64,000 nt of DNA from a virus. The stretch covers positions 43,639 to 107,638 of IMG/VR virus record IMGVR_UViG_3300034685_000168, one strand, 5' to 3'. Numbering within the stretch: position 1 is the stretch's first letter; each line of letters opens with the position of its first letter. This document shows positions 48,051 through 58,639 of this stretch, in pieces. Below the pieces are notes generated by a model that ran no database searches, was not told the origin of the DNA, and was given only the letters and a program-made list of their open reading frames with translations. A program made the position numbers and the translations under genes.

Positions 48051-48881
48051 ATGAAATTCGATGAACAACAAGAAAAAGAAGCAAGAGATTTAATAAAGAA
48101 ATACTTTAGTTTATTTAAAAGACAAAATAAATATATCTACAAAATAGATGATATGTGGATATATACTTCTATGATAGAATCTGATATTTTAAAGTATTAT
48201 ACTTGTATCGAACATTCACCTATACATATCGTTAATTTTAAAGATGATAAATTCGAAGAAGTATTTTTTAAATTATTCCCTGATTTAATAAACAAAGATT
48301 TCTCTATTGAATTAAAAGTATTAAATACTATAATAAACAAAGCATCTTCCTTAAATAACTTAAAATTAAAAGACGATGGTGGGTTACTTTATATAACTAA
48401 CGTACCTCATATAAAATCTAAACAAGGAACTAAATTAAAAGATCCTAAAGATGATGTTCCTGAAAACCAGATAAACTATGAAAATATATTAATTGGAAAT
48501 TATATTAATAAATTAATAAAAGAATCTATTAAAAATATTATAGATGAATTGAAACAACACACTGTATTTTTAAAACCATTAGAAATAGAAGAGTTTGTAA
48601 ATAATGAAACATTCTTTGTAAGATTTAAAGAGAATGATTTAAATGAATATGTTGGAAAAGATAAAAAATCAACTAATATTAATATCCCAATATGGGATGG
48701 TGAATCTTCTGTTTCTGTATGTGAATTTGTTAAAAAAATGAAATATGAAAAAGACCCAGAGATATTATTAAATATCTATATCATAAACGATCACATTAAA
48801 CATTCTTTTTTATATAAGGCAGAAGATATAGATGTATTATCTTTACATAGAAGAATATGGTTTCCTTTTATTTTAAAATAA
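48051..48881 (+). CDS. Hypothetical protein
   Basis: 276 aa; AAGGA RBS. Confidence 0.7.
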   Translation: MKFDEQQEKEARDLIKKYFSLFKRQNKYIYKIDDMWIYTSMIESDILKYYTCIEHSPIHIVNFKDDKFEEVFFKLFPDLINKDFSIELKVLNTIINKASSLNNLKLKDDGGLLYITNVPHIKSKQGTKLKDPKDDVPENQINYENILIGNYINKLIKESIKNIIDELKQHTVFLKPLEIEEFVNNETFFVRFKENDLNEYVGKDKKSTNINIPIWDGESSVSVCEFVKKMKYEKDPEILLNIYIINDHIKHSFLYKAEDIDVLSLHRRIWFPFILK

Positions 48882-48894
48882 AGAGAGAATTATT

Positions 48895-50379
48895 ATGACA
48901 GAAGAATATATACCTGATAAGGATATGGAAGAATCAATTCCTGATCAAGAAGAAGTTACTCCAGTTGAAGAAGAAGTAATAGAAAAAAATAAAATTGATG
49001 AAGAAGATAAAAAAGATCTTAGTTTTTTATATCCCGAAAAAGTATTAACTAAGTTATCTAATACTGTAGCAGATTTTACTAATGTGTTGAGTGTCGTTAT
49101 TCATAAGCAAGATAATATAATTAATGAATTAAATGATTTATTAGAAGTAAAGAAAATTACAGCAGAAGAAGTAAAAAAAGCTGGCGGTGATGATAATAAT
49201 TTTATTAAGAATATATTTAAATCCAATATTCTTTATACAGACAGACAATCAATGCTTAATAAAGAATGGAATAACGTAGAAAAAGATAATTTTAATATTA
49301 CTGATAAAGAATCAGAAGTTGCATCTAAACTTATTAAGAAATTTAATAGTAAAGGGCAAAAATTAGAGGGTAAATTAGCTAAATTAGCTCTTATAGCTAA
49401 AACAACTGGTTATATTCATAATCCGTTATTTCATTCGGGATTCTGGGTAAAACAAATTCCTATTCCTTTACCTGAACTATATGATTGTTATGTGTCTATA
49501 GATACTGAATTAAATGATTTTGGTAGGATATATACAGTTCATTCCCTTAGTATGGGGGATATATTAGTTCAAGAAGCTACATTACGAATTATACATAAAC
49601 ATATTGTAGATTCTAACCTAGAAGGTTGGGAAGATTTTGATACATTTATTAGTTGTTTAGTTGAATTTGATTTTGATTTACTTTTATTAAATACAGTTAG
49701 ATTAATGTTTAGAGATGGTATAGATTTAACTCTATCATGTCTTAATCCTGAATGTATAGCAACTGATAATTTTAATATAAATTTTGCTGATTTACGTTTA
49801 GATAATTTAGATAAATTAGATGATAAAGCAATAGAAATAATGATGTCTGATAATGTTACACCAGAACAACTGGTTGAATATAGAGCTAAATATTTACCTA
49901 ATAAAAAAATAAAATTATCTGATAGTATTGGTATGACATTTAAACCTGCTGTCATTAGTGATAGATTTTCTGTAGGTGTAGAAATAGTTAAACTTATTCA
50001 GAATAAATTAAAACAAAATAAAAAATATAATATTAATGATTTAGTATCCATTAATTTCATTAAGATAATAAAACCATGGGTTAAAAATGTTCTTCTATAT
50101 GACGAAGAAACAGAAGAACTAGAAGGTGTAATAAGTGATTTTGATGATATAGTTGATACATTTAGTACATTCATGACAGACAATGATAGTAATATAACAG
50201 AAGAACTTATTAAATATAAGTCGGAAATAAGAATGTCATTCGTTGGTCACAAACCATTTAAATGTAAAAAATGTAATCATGAAACAAAAGAAGATTATTT
50301 ACAGATAGGAGATATTCAATCTATTTTTTTTATCGTAGTCTACCAACTATTGACTACAGCAGCTTCGAAAACGATTTAG
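48895..50379 (+). CDS. Conserved phiKZ gp52-like protein; putative tail/baseplate assembly chaperone with zinc ribbons
   Basis: PLFHSGFWV, CLNPEC and CKKC, near-terminal FF; lies near the DNA polymerase as in phiKZ. Confidence 0.6.
   Translation: MTEEYIPDKDMEESIPDQEEVTPVEEEVIEKNKIDEEDKKDLSFLYPEKVLTKLSNTVADFTNVLSVVIHKQDNIINELNDLLEVKKITAEEVKKAGGDDNNFIKNIFKSNILYTDRQSMLNKEWNNVEKDNFNITDKESEVASKLIKKFNSKGQKLEGKLAKLALIAKTTGYIHNPLFHSGFWVKQIPIPLPELYDCYVSIDTELNDFGRIYTVHSLSMGDILVQEATLRIIHKHIVDSNLEGWEDFDTFISCLVEFDFDLLLLNTVRLMFRDGIDLTLSCLNPECIATDNFNINFADLRLDNLDKLDDKAIEIMMSDNVTPEQLVEYRAKYLPNKKIKLSDSIGMTFKPAVISDRFSVGVEIVKLIQNKLKQNKKYNINDLVSINFIKIIKPWVKNVLLYDEETEELEGVISDFDDIVDTFSTFMTDNDSNITEELIKYKSEIRMSFVGHKPFKCKKCNHETKEDYLQIGDIQSIFFIVVYQLLTTAASKTI
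50307..50357 (+). promoter_or_regulatory. Candidate programmed -1 ribosomal frameshift signal
   Basis: Internal SD AGGAG 50307-50311; slippery T TTT TTT 50325-50331; downstream stem gtagtc/gactac 50335-50357. Confidence 0.6.
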
Positions 50380-50798
50380 CATTAAGTATCAATACTTATA
50401 ACAAGTTGGTAGACAGTATTAAAAATTCTGAAGGATATGAGAAATATAGATCTTTTAGAATTATATCGAAGCAAACTATAGATGAATTAAATTTTGCTAA
50501 TAGATTTTGTTTATTAGAAAGAAATAAAAATAAAAAAGTAGAAGGTTTTTTTGGTCCCAATAAAGATTTAAAAGAAGATATAATAGAATTTTTATATAAT
50601 TCACATGTTACAGAAAAACTAGGGTTATCTTTTGATAAGATATTTTATAATGAAGATTTAAATTCTTATTTAAAGATTAAACGTAAAGAAGATGAATATT
50701 GTGAAAAATTAAGAAAAGCTAAAAATTCTAATGATAATGAAGAATCAGAAATTAATATGAAAAAAATAATGAAGGAGTTTAAAAAATATGACAGATAA
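50331..50798 (+). CDS. gp53-like ORF, probably made as the -1 frameshift extension of the upstream gene
   Basis: Frame is open from 50283; the track's TTG start at 50406 has no SD; contains KLGLSFDK. Confidence 0.6.
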   Translation, partial: YRSLPTIDYSSFENDLALSINTYNKLVDSIKNSEGYEKYRSFRIISKQTIDELNFANRFCLLERNKNKKVEGFFGPNKDLKEDIIEFLYNSHVTEKLGLSFDKIFYNEDLNSYLKIKRKEDEYCEKLRKAKNSNDNEESEINMKKIMKEFKKYDR

Positions 50799-52536
50799 AT
50801 TAGAGACTGCGGAGAAAATAAGATATGTAACTAATCTAAGATCTGATAAGTCTAACATTATTAGTAATGAAGAAATTAGATCTAAAATCCTTGAAGTTTT
50901 TGATATTATAGAAAATGAACTTTATAAGCATTGTGGTCCTAAAAGTAATTATGCAATGATTATAGACCCTGCTAGATATGCAGATCCTGTATTTACTAAA
51001 GATGGTATTAATATTGTAAGAAGTATGGAATTTATTAATGAGATTTCGAATACTGCGAAAAGAATAATTGCTTATATTGGAAAAAAAATAGATAAGTCTT
51101 CGTTTGATGGTACAACTACATCTATGATTATATTTATATCGGCTATTAAACATATAATCGATGGTGGTGAATTGTTTGATATGCCAACAAGTGTTATAAA
51201 CAAATGTTATAATAATTTTGTAAAAGAGTTTAATACTAAATATGAAGATTGTATTTATACAGTAGATAAATTAATGGATCTTACAGGAAAAACTAAAGAT
51301 GAAATTATTTATCAAATTGCATACTCACAAGCTTATACATCTTCTCATGGTGATACAGAACTAGCACAAGTAGTTGCTGAATGTTTTGTTAAAAACCAAT
51401 ATGATAATTTTAAATCTATTATAATAGAACGATCTGAAATAGAATCTGAAAGTAGATTTATTATTAATGAATATACAAAACAATTTGAGACAGATGATGT
51501 TTATCCTATTTCATTTAAGATGAATAATGAAAATCTTAATACATCTTTTAAAAAAGAAAAAGTAGATCTTCTTCTATTCCAGGATGAACTTAATGATGGT
51601 GATAAAAATAGCCAATACATTATGTCAGAAATACTAAGAGTAATACAAGATAAAGAAAGTAATGATCTTGTTATTTTAACTAATGGTATGACTAATTTTG
51701 GTAAACAAGAAATTATACAAGTTCTTAATGAATATAATGCGTTTGATAGAGTTGCTGTTTTTATTAAATCCTGGAATCATACATTGGAAGAAGTTAATGA
51801 TCTTCTTATTCTACGCAATATTATTGTACAAAATGACAGTACTCCAATGTATGAAGTGATTAAAACAGAAAATGCTGAAATAGAATGTAAGAATAGTAAA
51901 TTAGCTATTGGTAATCTTTTTGAAAGAAATGAAGATGGAACTCATCCATTTTATCATGATAAAACTAAAAAAGAATTTCATAAGCTTCTTACTATAATTG
52001 ATAATATGATCAAAGATCTTGAAGAAGATACTGCACCTAATACTATACAAAAAATAAATAGAATTAGAAAAGTATATAGTAGAATAGTTTATCCTATAAC
52101 TACAAGTATTAAGATTTGTGGCAAAGGATATGATAATATTAGTATGATTGATGTTATCACTGATGTTGTTGGTGCAACCAAAGTTTCGTTACAGAATGGT
52201 TTTGTTCCTGCTTCTGGTGTTGCATTTTATACAACACTTGATAAATTAGATCCTTATTTGAATAAGAATAGTATTTTTATAAAAGCATTTAAACAAGTAT
52301 TACGAAAAATATCTGACCATATTGGAACACTGGGATTTGATATTGAAGTATTCTATGATGTTATAACTAAAGTAGGATATCATATTACAGACTTTGATGT
52401 TCCATGGATAATTCAACCTAGTACAATAGATAAAGTTATTATTGAAAGATTTGGAGAAAGTGCTCTGAAGATTATTAAAACTGATAAAATTGTTGCTATA
52501 GGTGGAATTAACTTAAAAGAAGAAGTTACTGAATAA
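50788..52536 (+). CDS. groEL: Phage chaperonin (GroEL-like)
   Basis: CGPK, TKDGINIV, DGTTTS, GFVPASG; 582 aa. Confidence 0.88.
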   Translation: MTDKLETAEKIRYVTNLRSDKSNIISNEEIRSKILEVFDIIENELYKHCGPKSNYAMIIDPARYADPVFTKDGINIVRSMEFINEISNTAKRIIAYIGKKIDKSSFDGTTTSMIIFISAIKHIIDGGELFDMPTSVINKCYNNFVKEFNTKYEDCIYTVDKLMDLTGKTKDEIIYQIAYSQAYTSSHGDTELAQVVAECFVKNQYDNFKSIIIERSEIESESRFIINEYTKQFETDDVYPISFKMNNENLNTSFKKEKVDLLLFQDELNDGDKNSQYIMSEILRVIQDKESNDLVILTNGMTNFGKQEIIQVLNEYNAFDRVAVFIKSWNHTLEEVNDLLILRNIIVQNDSTPMYEVIKTENAEIECKNSKLAIGNLFERNEDGTHPFYHDKTKKEFHKLLTIIDNMIKDLEEDTAPNTIQKINRIRKVYSRIVYPITTSIKICGKGYDNISMIDVITDVVGATKVSLQNGFVPASGVAFYTTLDKLDPYLNKNSIFIKAFKQVLRKISDHIGTLGFDIEVFYDVITKVGYHITDFDVPWIIQPSTIDKVIIERFGESALKIIKTDKIVAIGGINLKEEVTE

Positions 52537-52559
52537 TAAGTTAAAAGGGATTATTAATT

Positions 52560-52964
52560 ATGATAATCGATGGTAAAGAAATACAATTAAAACAACGAAT
52601 AAGATTCCAGACACATAACTCTTATGACTATAATACATATACAGGTGTTGTTATAGCCATGGGTGGATATGAAATGGGTATTTTAGCTGAAAATGATATT
52701 GATAATTATCATAGAGAAGTTTTAAAAACACAGTCAACATTAGATGCTGATCCTAAAAATTATGAATATTTTTTATTGAAACTACCCGATGGTAAATATT
52801 TTGCTTGTGCAAGAGAATGGGTAGTTCCAGCAACATTTAGTATCCTTGATTTAAGTAGTGATACTTTCTTTGTTGTTAGAGGATTAAATGATGATAATGA
52901 AATAAATCAATTCATTAATAAATTGATCTCAGAAGGCTACAACGTATCACTATATACCCCTTGA
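52560..52964 (+). CDS. Conserved small hypothetical protein
   Basis: 134 aa; no GroES signature. Confidence 0.65.
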   Translation: MIIDGKEIQLKQRIRFQTHNSYDYNTYTGVVIAMGGYEMGILAENDIDNYHREVLKTQSTLDADPKNYEYFLLKLPDGKYFACAREWVVPATFSILDLSSDTFFVVRGLNDDNEINQFINKLISEGYNVSLYTP

Positions 52965-52967
52965 TAA

Positions 52968-53003
52968 ATTACACGATATGGGAGCAATCCCATATCGTGT
53001 AAT
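52968..53003. terminator. Bidirectional hairpin terminator (GCAA loop)
   Basis: attacacgatatggga-gcaa-tcccatatcgtgtaat. Confidence 0.85.
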
Positions 53004-53014
53004 CAACAGTTTTT

Positions 53015-54550
53015 TTACTTTAAAAATCTTCCTTTAAAAAAATCTAAAATAATGTTAATTAAAATATTAATATTAATTTTATTAATTATAGAAGGAGAAA
53101 GATATTCTATTTCACTTTTAGATAATTTATCTAAATATCCTTTATTAAGTTTTTCATATAGATATCTACCAAATGATTTATGATATTCAATATCAAATAT
53201 TAAATCCATAAAAATATCTTTACTATCTATACCAAACTTTAATTTATCAATACATGTATTTATTTTATTATCAAGTTCATCAGTGTTAAGTATTACAGGT
53301 TCATCTCTATTAGGATCATTTATAACACTTAATCTATATTCTTTAAGTATTTTTAACATAGCTAATTTTAAATATTTATTTTTATAATAAAGTATTTCGG
53401 AATATACTTTATTTAGATATTCATCAAATTCATTATCTAATTTATCAATGTCATTAATTATATGTTTTACATAAATTCCAGATTCAGGTAATTGAAGATT
53501 ATTTAAAGTATAATTTAAATATTCATATTTAATAATATGTTCTTTTTCATAACCCATAGCATAGAATTCAGATAATGTATCATCATTTAAACATCCATTA
53601 GGGAGAACCAATATGTTATTAAATACTTGAGTTCTCATAACTATTAGATAATAAGCACAGATATAAAGAAGTTCATTTACAATATTAACATTAGATTTAA
53701 CAATATCTTGTAATTCTTCACTAAACATATCAAGATGATCTAAAATAGTTTTATTAACAGACATAAATAACCTAATATAATTAGCCACTTGAACTACAGA
53801 TTCACCTTTTTTAATAGTTCTCTTAACAGCTACAGATATTTTATTATTAAGAGCTTTACACTTCTTTTCAGAAGTAAGAATATCAAAAACATATTCAATA
53901 TCTTCTGGAAGAATATCTATGTATTGATTAAACTCATCTATAAATGCAGTTTTAACATCTTTACTTACAGTTATTTCTCTTTCACCTTTAATTGTGTTTC
54001 TAATATCGATAAGTCTTTGTACATAAGAAAGAGAGAATGAATCCAAATCTTTACCAAGTAATTCATTACATTTGGTAAGAATATTACTGGATGTATCAAC
54101 TAATGAAATTTCTTCCCAATTAATAACATTATAATCTTTAGATAAAATATTACTATCATTAAATGATTCATAATGTTTATTCATAAATTCATCATTATTA
54201 ATTAATTTATTAAACTCAATATTAAATTTATTATCTAATTCATCTGCTTTAGATTTGACTTCATTAATATCTGAATAAGCAATATTAATTCTATTAGCTA
54301 ATAATTCAGCAACATGATCTAATTCATCAAATACTTTGGACATTAATCCTGTTTTAGAATCTTGAAACTTATTAATAACATTTTCAATATGATCTTCTAC
54401 TGGATCACTTTCATTATATCTTATAGCAGATACTTGTAATCTATTAGCTATATTTTCTAGGTTAGTATTTTTGAATTCAATAGTTGGGAATTTTTTATAT
54501 AACTTATAATAAATTTTTAGATGATTTTTAAGTTTATCGAAATTAATCAT
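53015..54550 (-). CDS. Putative virion structural protein
   Basis: 511-aa helical protein in the gp84-gp88-like structural cluster. Confidence 0.5.
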   Translation of the reverse strand: MINFDKLKNHLKIYYKLYKKFPTIEFKNTNLENIANRLQVSAIRYNESDPVEDHIENVINKFQDSKTGLMSKVFDELDHVAELLANRINIAYSDINEVKSKADELDNKFNIEFNKLINNDEFMNKHYESFNDSNILSKDYNVINWEEISLVDTSSNILTKCNELLGKDLDSFSLSYVQRLIDIRNTIKGEREITVSKDVKTAFIDEFNQYIDILPEDIEYVFDILTSEKKCKALNNKISVAVKRTIKKGESVVQVANYIRLFMSVNKTILDHLDMFSEELQDIVKSNVNIVNELLYICAYYLIVMRTQVFNNILVLPNGCLNDDTLSEFYAMGYEKEHIIKYEYLNYTLNNLQLPESGIYVKHIINDIDKLDNEFDEYLNKVYSEILYYKNKYLKLAMLKILKEYRLSVINDPNRDEPVILNTDELDNKINTCIDKLKFGIDSKDIFMDLIFDIEYHKSFGRYLYEKLNKGYLDKLSKSEIEYLSPSIINKININILINIILDFFKGRFLK

Positions 54551-54708
54551 TATTCTTTTTCTCCATCTTTTTCAAGTTGTTCTAGATTACCAACAACTGT
54601 TCCATAAATATCCATATCTTCACTATCAATATTTAAATTTTTAATTTTAGATATAGTTGTTATAATCAAATAACATATAACAAATATCATAGCTATAGTT
54701 CTATTCAT
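54550..54708 (-). CDS. Unannotated 52-aa membrane protein
   Basis: MNRTIAMIFVICYLIITTISKIKNLNIDSEDMDIYGTVVGNLEQLEKDGEKE; GGGAG RBS; stop overlaps the next start (TAATG). Confidence 0.7.
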   Translation of the reverse strand: MNRTIAMIFVICYLIITTISKIKNLNIDSEDMDIYGTVVGNLEQLEKDGEKE

Positions 54709-54713
54709 TTTAA

Positions 54714-57608
54714 TTATTCTCCCATATTTATTGGTGAAAATGTTAATCTTAAATCAGGTTTTAACGAAAGTGTTTGGTCACTATTATAAATTAATTTTTG
54801 TTTAAGTATAGGTTGTGTGTCTTTATCTACACATTTTAATGTTTGTAATTCTGGATCTCCACTTATTCCTAAAGTATCTATAGAAATTATTTGATCATCT
54901 AATTCTTTTCTAATTTGTTTCTGTATATCTGAAATAGATATAAAACCATTTTGTATATTAGAATTTATAATATTTAAAATTACTTGTTTAATACTTTCTT
55001 TTATTTGAGTATCTTTATTGATATTTTTATCAACATAGACTATAAATGATAAATATATATTTAAATCATGTTCAATATTGATACCATTTTTAGTAGAGAA
55101 AATTGCTTTACCTATAGTTCTTTTAGGTTTGAAATAAACGTATGTCTGTGTTAATAGTTGATTTTGTACTTTATCGACTTCATCAATAAATAATTTAAAT
55201 TGATTAGATATATCAATACCTATTTGATTTAAATCAATATTAGATGGTTCTAATATCTTATTATCTAAATGTATTAAATCTATATTATATTCAATATTTC
55301 TATTAGATTTTATTATTTTATTACCATATTCATCAAGTATATAATCTCCAGCTCTATGGTTATATAATGTGCTACCATAAGTGTCTGTTACTATATCTCC
55401 TGCAGAGTGTAATTTATTAAGGACTATATTACCATCAACTATAGTGTAAACTAAAGATCCAGTTTCATCTGTTTCGTAAACATCTGTTGAGTAAGTTTTA
55501 GGTTCATCATTAAAATAAGTTTGATATTCAGTATCTGAGAAAGTAACATCTACATTAGAAAATATACTTTCGTTCAAATAATTACCTAATGTAATATCGA
55601 TTTCTTGATCTATCATTTTAATATATTCTTCTGTATCAATAACATCTAGATCATTAAGATATTTAGCTTTAGTAAACATCTCAACACTTATAGTGGTTTC
55701 TAAATTTATAAATATATTATCTATAGGTAACCCTCTATCATCTATTGTATTAGTTATATTAATACTATGGTTATCATTTATATTGTAATTAGTATAAAGT
55801 TCTACATCATAATAATGTATATCACCATCAATATAATACGGTGTTTTGTTAGCATCTATATATACTCTATTTATTCTAGAATCATCCCACATCCAGAATC
55901 TAATTATTAAATCTTCATTAGGTACTTCTAATAGATCAGATGATTTAATAACACCAACTCTAATAATAAATTTATGTTTTTCTTTTAATTTATGGATAAT
56001 AATTCCAGATCTGATAATCATCTGAGAACTAATTTCTATATTCTCTTTAATAAATTTAATATTATTTATTTTAGGATTTAACATATCATAAATAAACGAT
56101 AATGGGTATTGATCTCTAATAATTAATCTTACATGATAAGGAGAGAAAGTATATTGGTCATTATTAAATAGATTGACTCTATTAGAGTCTGACATGGAAT
56201 ATATAGAATTTATTTCTGTATCAGTTAATGGAATAGCTACGTTATCTTTATTTAATTTATAAATAGTAGAAGGAAGTATTGTAATAGATTGATCGCTGTT
56301 ATGTTTTATAGTAGAAATATTATCTATATTGTTAATATCAATTTTAGTAGATATTAACCCTGTAGATATGGGTTCGTATATCTTAGAAGAAGTATTATTT
56401 ATCGTATCAGATGGATTGTAAATAATAGAATTAGCTAAATAAATTCTTTTAGTTAAACTATCATTAATTAATTTTACTGATATATTTTTATTATTAAATA
56501 AGTTTTTAATTTGATCTTCTCTAACAGCAACCGATTTAATAAATTTTTTATTAATTATATTATCACGTAATTCTTCAAATTCATATCCATTAGTACCACC
56601 TATTATATCAGATTCTCCAGGATATAAATTTATTATAGGTATTTTATTTAGTATATTTACAAACTCATATTCTTCAGATTCTATTTCTGTTAATTCAAAA
56701 TTTATATTACCAGAAGAAATATTATTTAGAGTTATATTTAATTCACCTTTTGTTGTAAATATATCTAATTTTAATCTAGATCCTATACTTTCATTAGAAA
56801 AATATATTTGAGGTATTTCTATATTAACTTTATTATTTTCAATTTCAACAGAAAACTTAATAGTAGGAGAAAGAGGGTCATAATTAATACTAGACAAAGT
56901 TTGATTTAATTCAGACCATTTATTGTTTTTAAAATGATAAGCCCTAATAGCATAAAATTTATCTGTATATTCAATTGATTGTTTAAAACCTTTTCCTTCT
57001 ATTAATTCTTCTATAATTTGAGTTCTTTTAAATTGATAAATAGGGATTTGAATATTTAGCAGATTTAATCCACTTTCTTGTATTATATGAAAATTAACAG
57101 TATTATCAACTAAATTAAATAATGGATTAGTTTCATTAGTATTATGAGATACTATTATCGTTTCTGTAAATTTATTAATTCTTATTTCTATTGGATAATA
57201 AATACCGAAGTACAATCCACCTATTGTAAATACTGTGTTTTTAGGTATTATAATCTTTTTATAGTTTTCATTAAAATCCTTAGCATTTTTTATTAAATAA
57301 TCTCTATCTAGAATTAAATTAATTTTAGTATCAGCTGGAGAAGAAAATAATCCAACATAATCCCATGTATTCATGTGGTTATATAATTCATTACTAGTCT
57401 GGGCTCGTAGTGGATAAATACTATGAATTAATTTATCATTTTTATTAGATAATTCACTAACTAAAGTACTAATAGTTTCTAACATAAATGTTGGAACATT
57501 ATTACCATCTGCTATAGGATTACCATTTAATATTCTTGATTCCAAATCTTCTAGACAATATGATTGAATAGAAAGTTTATTACTTAAAAGATTTATTATA
57601 TTTGACAC
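54714..57608 (-). CDS. Baseplate wedge-like structural protein (phiKZ gp87-like)
   Basis: 964 aa; YPLRAQT..ELYNHM, YYPIEIRI, TTKGEL, GGTNG..FEELR, FSPYH; GTG start. Confidence 0.7.
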   Translation of the reverse strand: MSNIINLLSNKLSIQSYCLEDLESRILNGNPIADGNNVPTFMLETISTLVSELSNKNDKLIHSIYPLRAQTSNELYNHMNTWDYVGLFSSPADTKINLILDRDYLIKNAKDFNENYKKIIIPKNTVFTIGGLYFGIYYPIEIRINKFTETIIVSHNTNETNPLFNLVDNTVNFHIIQESGLNLLNIQIPIYQFKRTQIIEELIEGKGFKQSIEYTDKFYAIRAYHFKNNKWSELNQTLSSINYDPLSPTIKFSVEIENNKVNIEIPQIYFSNESIGSRLKLDIFTTKGELNITLNNISSGNINFELTEIESEEYEFVNILNKIPIINLYPGESDIIGGTNGYEFEELRDNIINKKFIKSVAVREDQIKNLFNNKNISVKLINDSLTKRIYLANSIIYNPSDTINNTSSKIYEPISTGLISTKIDINNIDNISTIKHNSDQSITILPSTIYKLNKDNVAIPLTDTEINSIYSMSDSNRVNLFNNDQYTFSPYHVRLIIRDQYPLSFIYDMLNPKINNIKFIKENIEISSQMIIRSGIIIHKLKEKHKFIIRVGVIKSSDLLEVPNEDLIIRFWMWDDSRINRVYIDANKTPYYIDGDIHYYDVELYTNYNINDNHSINITNTIDDRGLPIDNIFINLETTISVEMFTKAKYLNDLDVIDTEEYIKMIDQEIDITLGNYLNESIFSNVDVTFSDTEYQTYFNDEPKTYSTDVYETDETGSLVYTIVDGNIVLNKLHSAGDIVTDTYGSTLYNHRAGDYILDEYGNKIIKSNRNIEYNIDLIHLDNKILEPSNIDLNQIGIDISNQFKLFIDEVDKVQNQLLTQTYVYFKPKRTIGKAIFSTKNGINIEHDLNIYLSFIVYVDKNINKDTQIKESIKQVILNIINSNIQNGFISISDIQKQIRKELDDQIISIDTLGISGDPELQTLKCVDKDTQPILKQKLIYNSDQTLSLKPDLRLTFSPINMGE

Positions 57609-57610
57609 AA

Positions 57611-58639
57611 CTATCTTCCCCCTGTTCCCGAATATTTTCTAGTTTTAAATAACAGTTCATATCCATCACCTATATCATTAGATCTAAGTCCTATATAGGG
57701 AATACCGGCATAATTATCTTCCGCCCCATACCCTAAATTTTCATAATTTAATATATCAGGACAATAACGTTTAACTAATCGATTGAAGTCTATTAAATCA
57801 TTAACATTATTATATTCAATATAATTAGATGTAAATGAAATACTAAATTCTTTAGCAGCTTCTGAATATGTTTCATTTTCATTCATATTAAATTTAGCAC
57901 CATATGGAACTCCTTGTAATATATTACCAGCCGCTCTAGACCAACTTGTTATATGTCTATTGGATGGATCTAACATAAATCTATATATACTAATAGTATA
58001 TGGTAACCGTTCTAAATCTATATCTTCAGGATATCTTATTAAATCATTTTTTCTCATTAAAGATATCCATCTAAACCAAAAATAAAACATATTTAATAAA
58101 ATAGAAAATGGTAATTCCCTAACTTGTAAACTTATATCATATGTTTTATTAAATTCATCATGTCCTGTTGCAAATGCTAAGTTTTCACCTTGAAAACCAC
58201 CAGTTGTTGTAGACATACCCATGACAAAATCAGGCCATCCAGTAACACTCTTAATAGAATTACATAATGGGACATTAAAGGGATTTTCATAATTTATAAA
58301 AGGACATTGAATAGCTAATTCAATATTATCTCTCATAAATTTGGTATCCAAAATACATCTAATAGCAAACTGAATAGAAAATGGATTTGTTGTATCTAAC
58401 ATACCTAATACAGGGTCCATTCTTATATTAGGTGAAGATAGATTTAATTTAGGTCTAGTAATAAATACTAATCCAGTATTTTCAATATTAGAAGGAATAC
58501 TTTTATTACCATATCTATCATGATTTAAAAATACTTCTTGTATTGTGTTGAGATAACCACCAGAACCAGAACTTCTATTTAATATATCAGCATATTTTTC
58601 ACGTTCTTGTGTGGATATATCCATTTTAAAGTTAGACAT
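57611..58639 (-). CDS. Virion structural protein (phiKZ gp88-like, tube-like/baseplate hub)
   Basis: GLVFITRPKLNLS, GWPD, IYRFMLDP motifs. Confidence 0.65.
   Translation of the reverse strand: MSNFKMDISTQEREKYADILNRSSGSGGYLNTIQEVFLNHDRYGNKSIPSNIENTGLVFITRPKLNLSSPNIRMDPVLGMLDTTNPFSIQFAIRCILDTKFMRDNIELAIQCPFINYENPFNVPLCNSIKSVTGWPDFVMGMSTTTGGFQGENLAFATGHDEFNKTYDISLQVRELPFSILLNMFYFWFRWISLMRKNDLIRYPEDIDLERLPYTISIYRFMLDPSNRHITSWSRAAGNILQGVPYGAKFNMNENETYSEAAKEFSISFTSNYIEYNNVNDLIDFNRLVKRYCPDILNYENLGYGAEDNYAGIPYIGLRSNDIGDGYELLFKTRKYSGTGGR

Noticed and set aside
52560-52964. GroES co-chaperonin
   Set aside because: Lacks the PL.DRV and mobile-loop GGI motifs and is longer than GroES.
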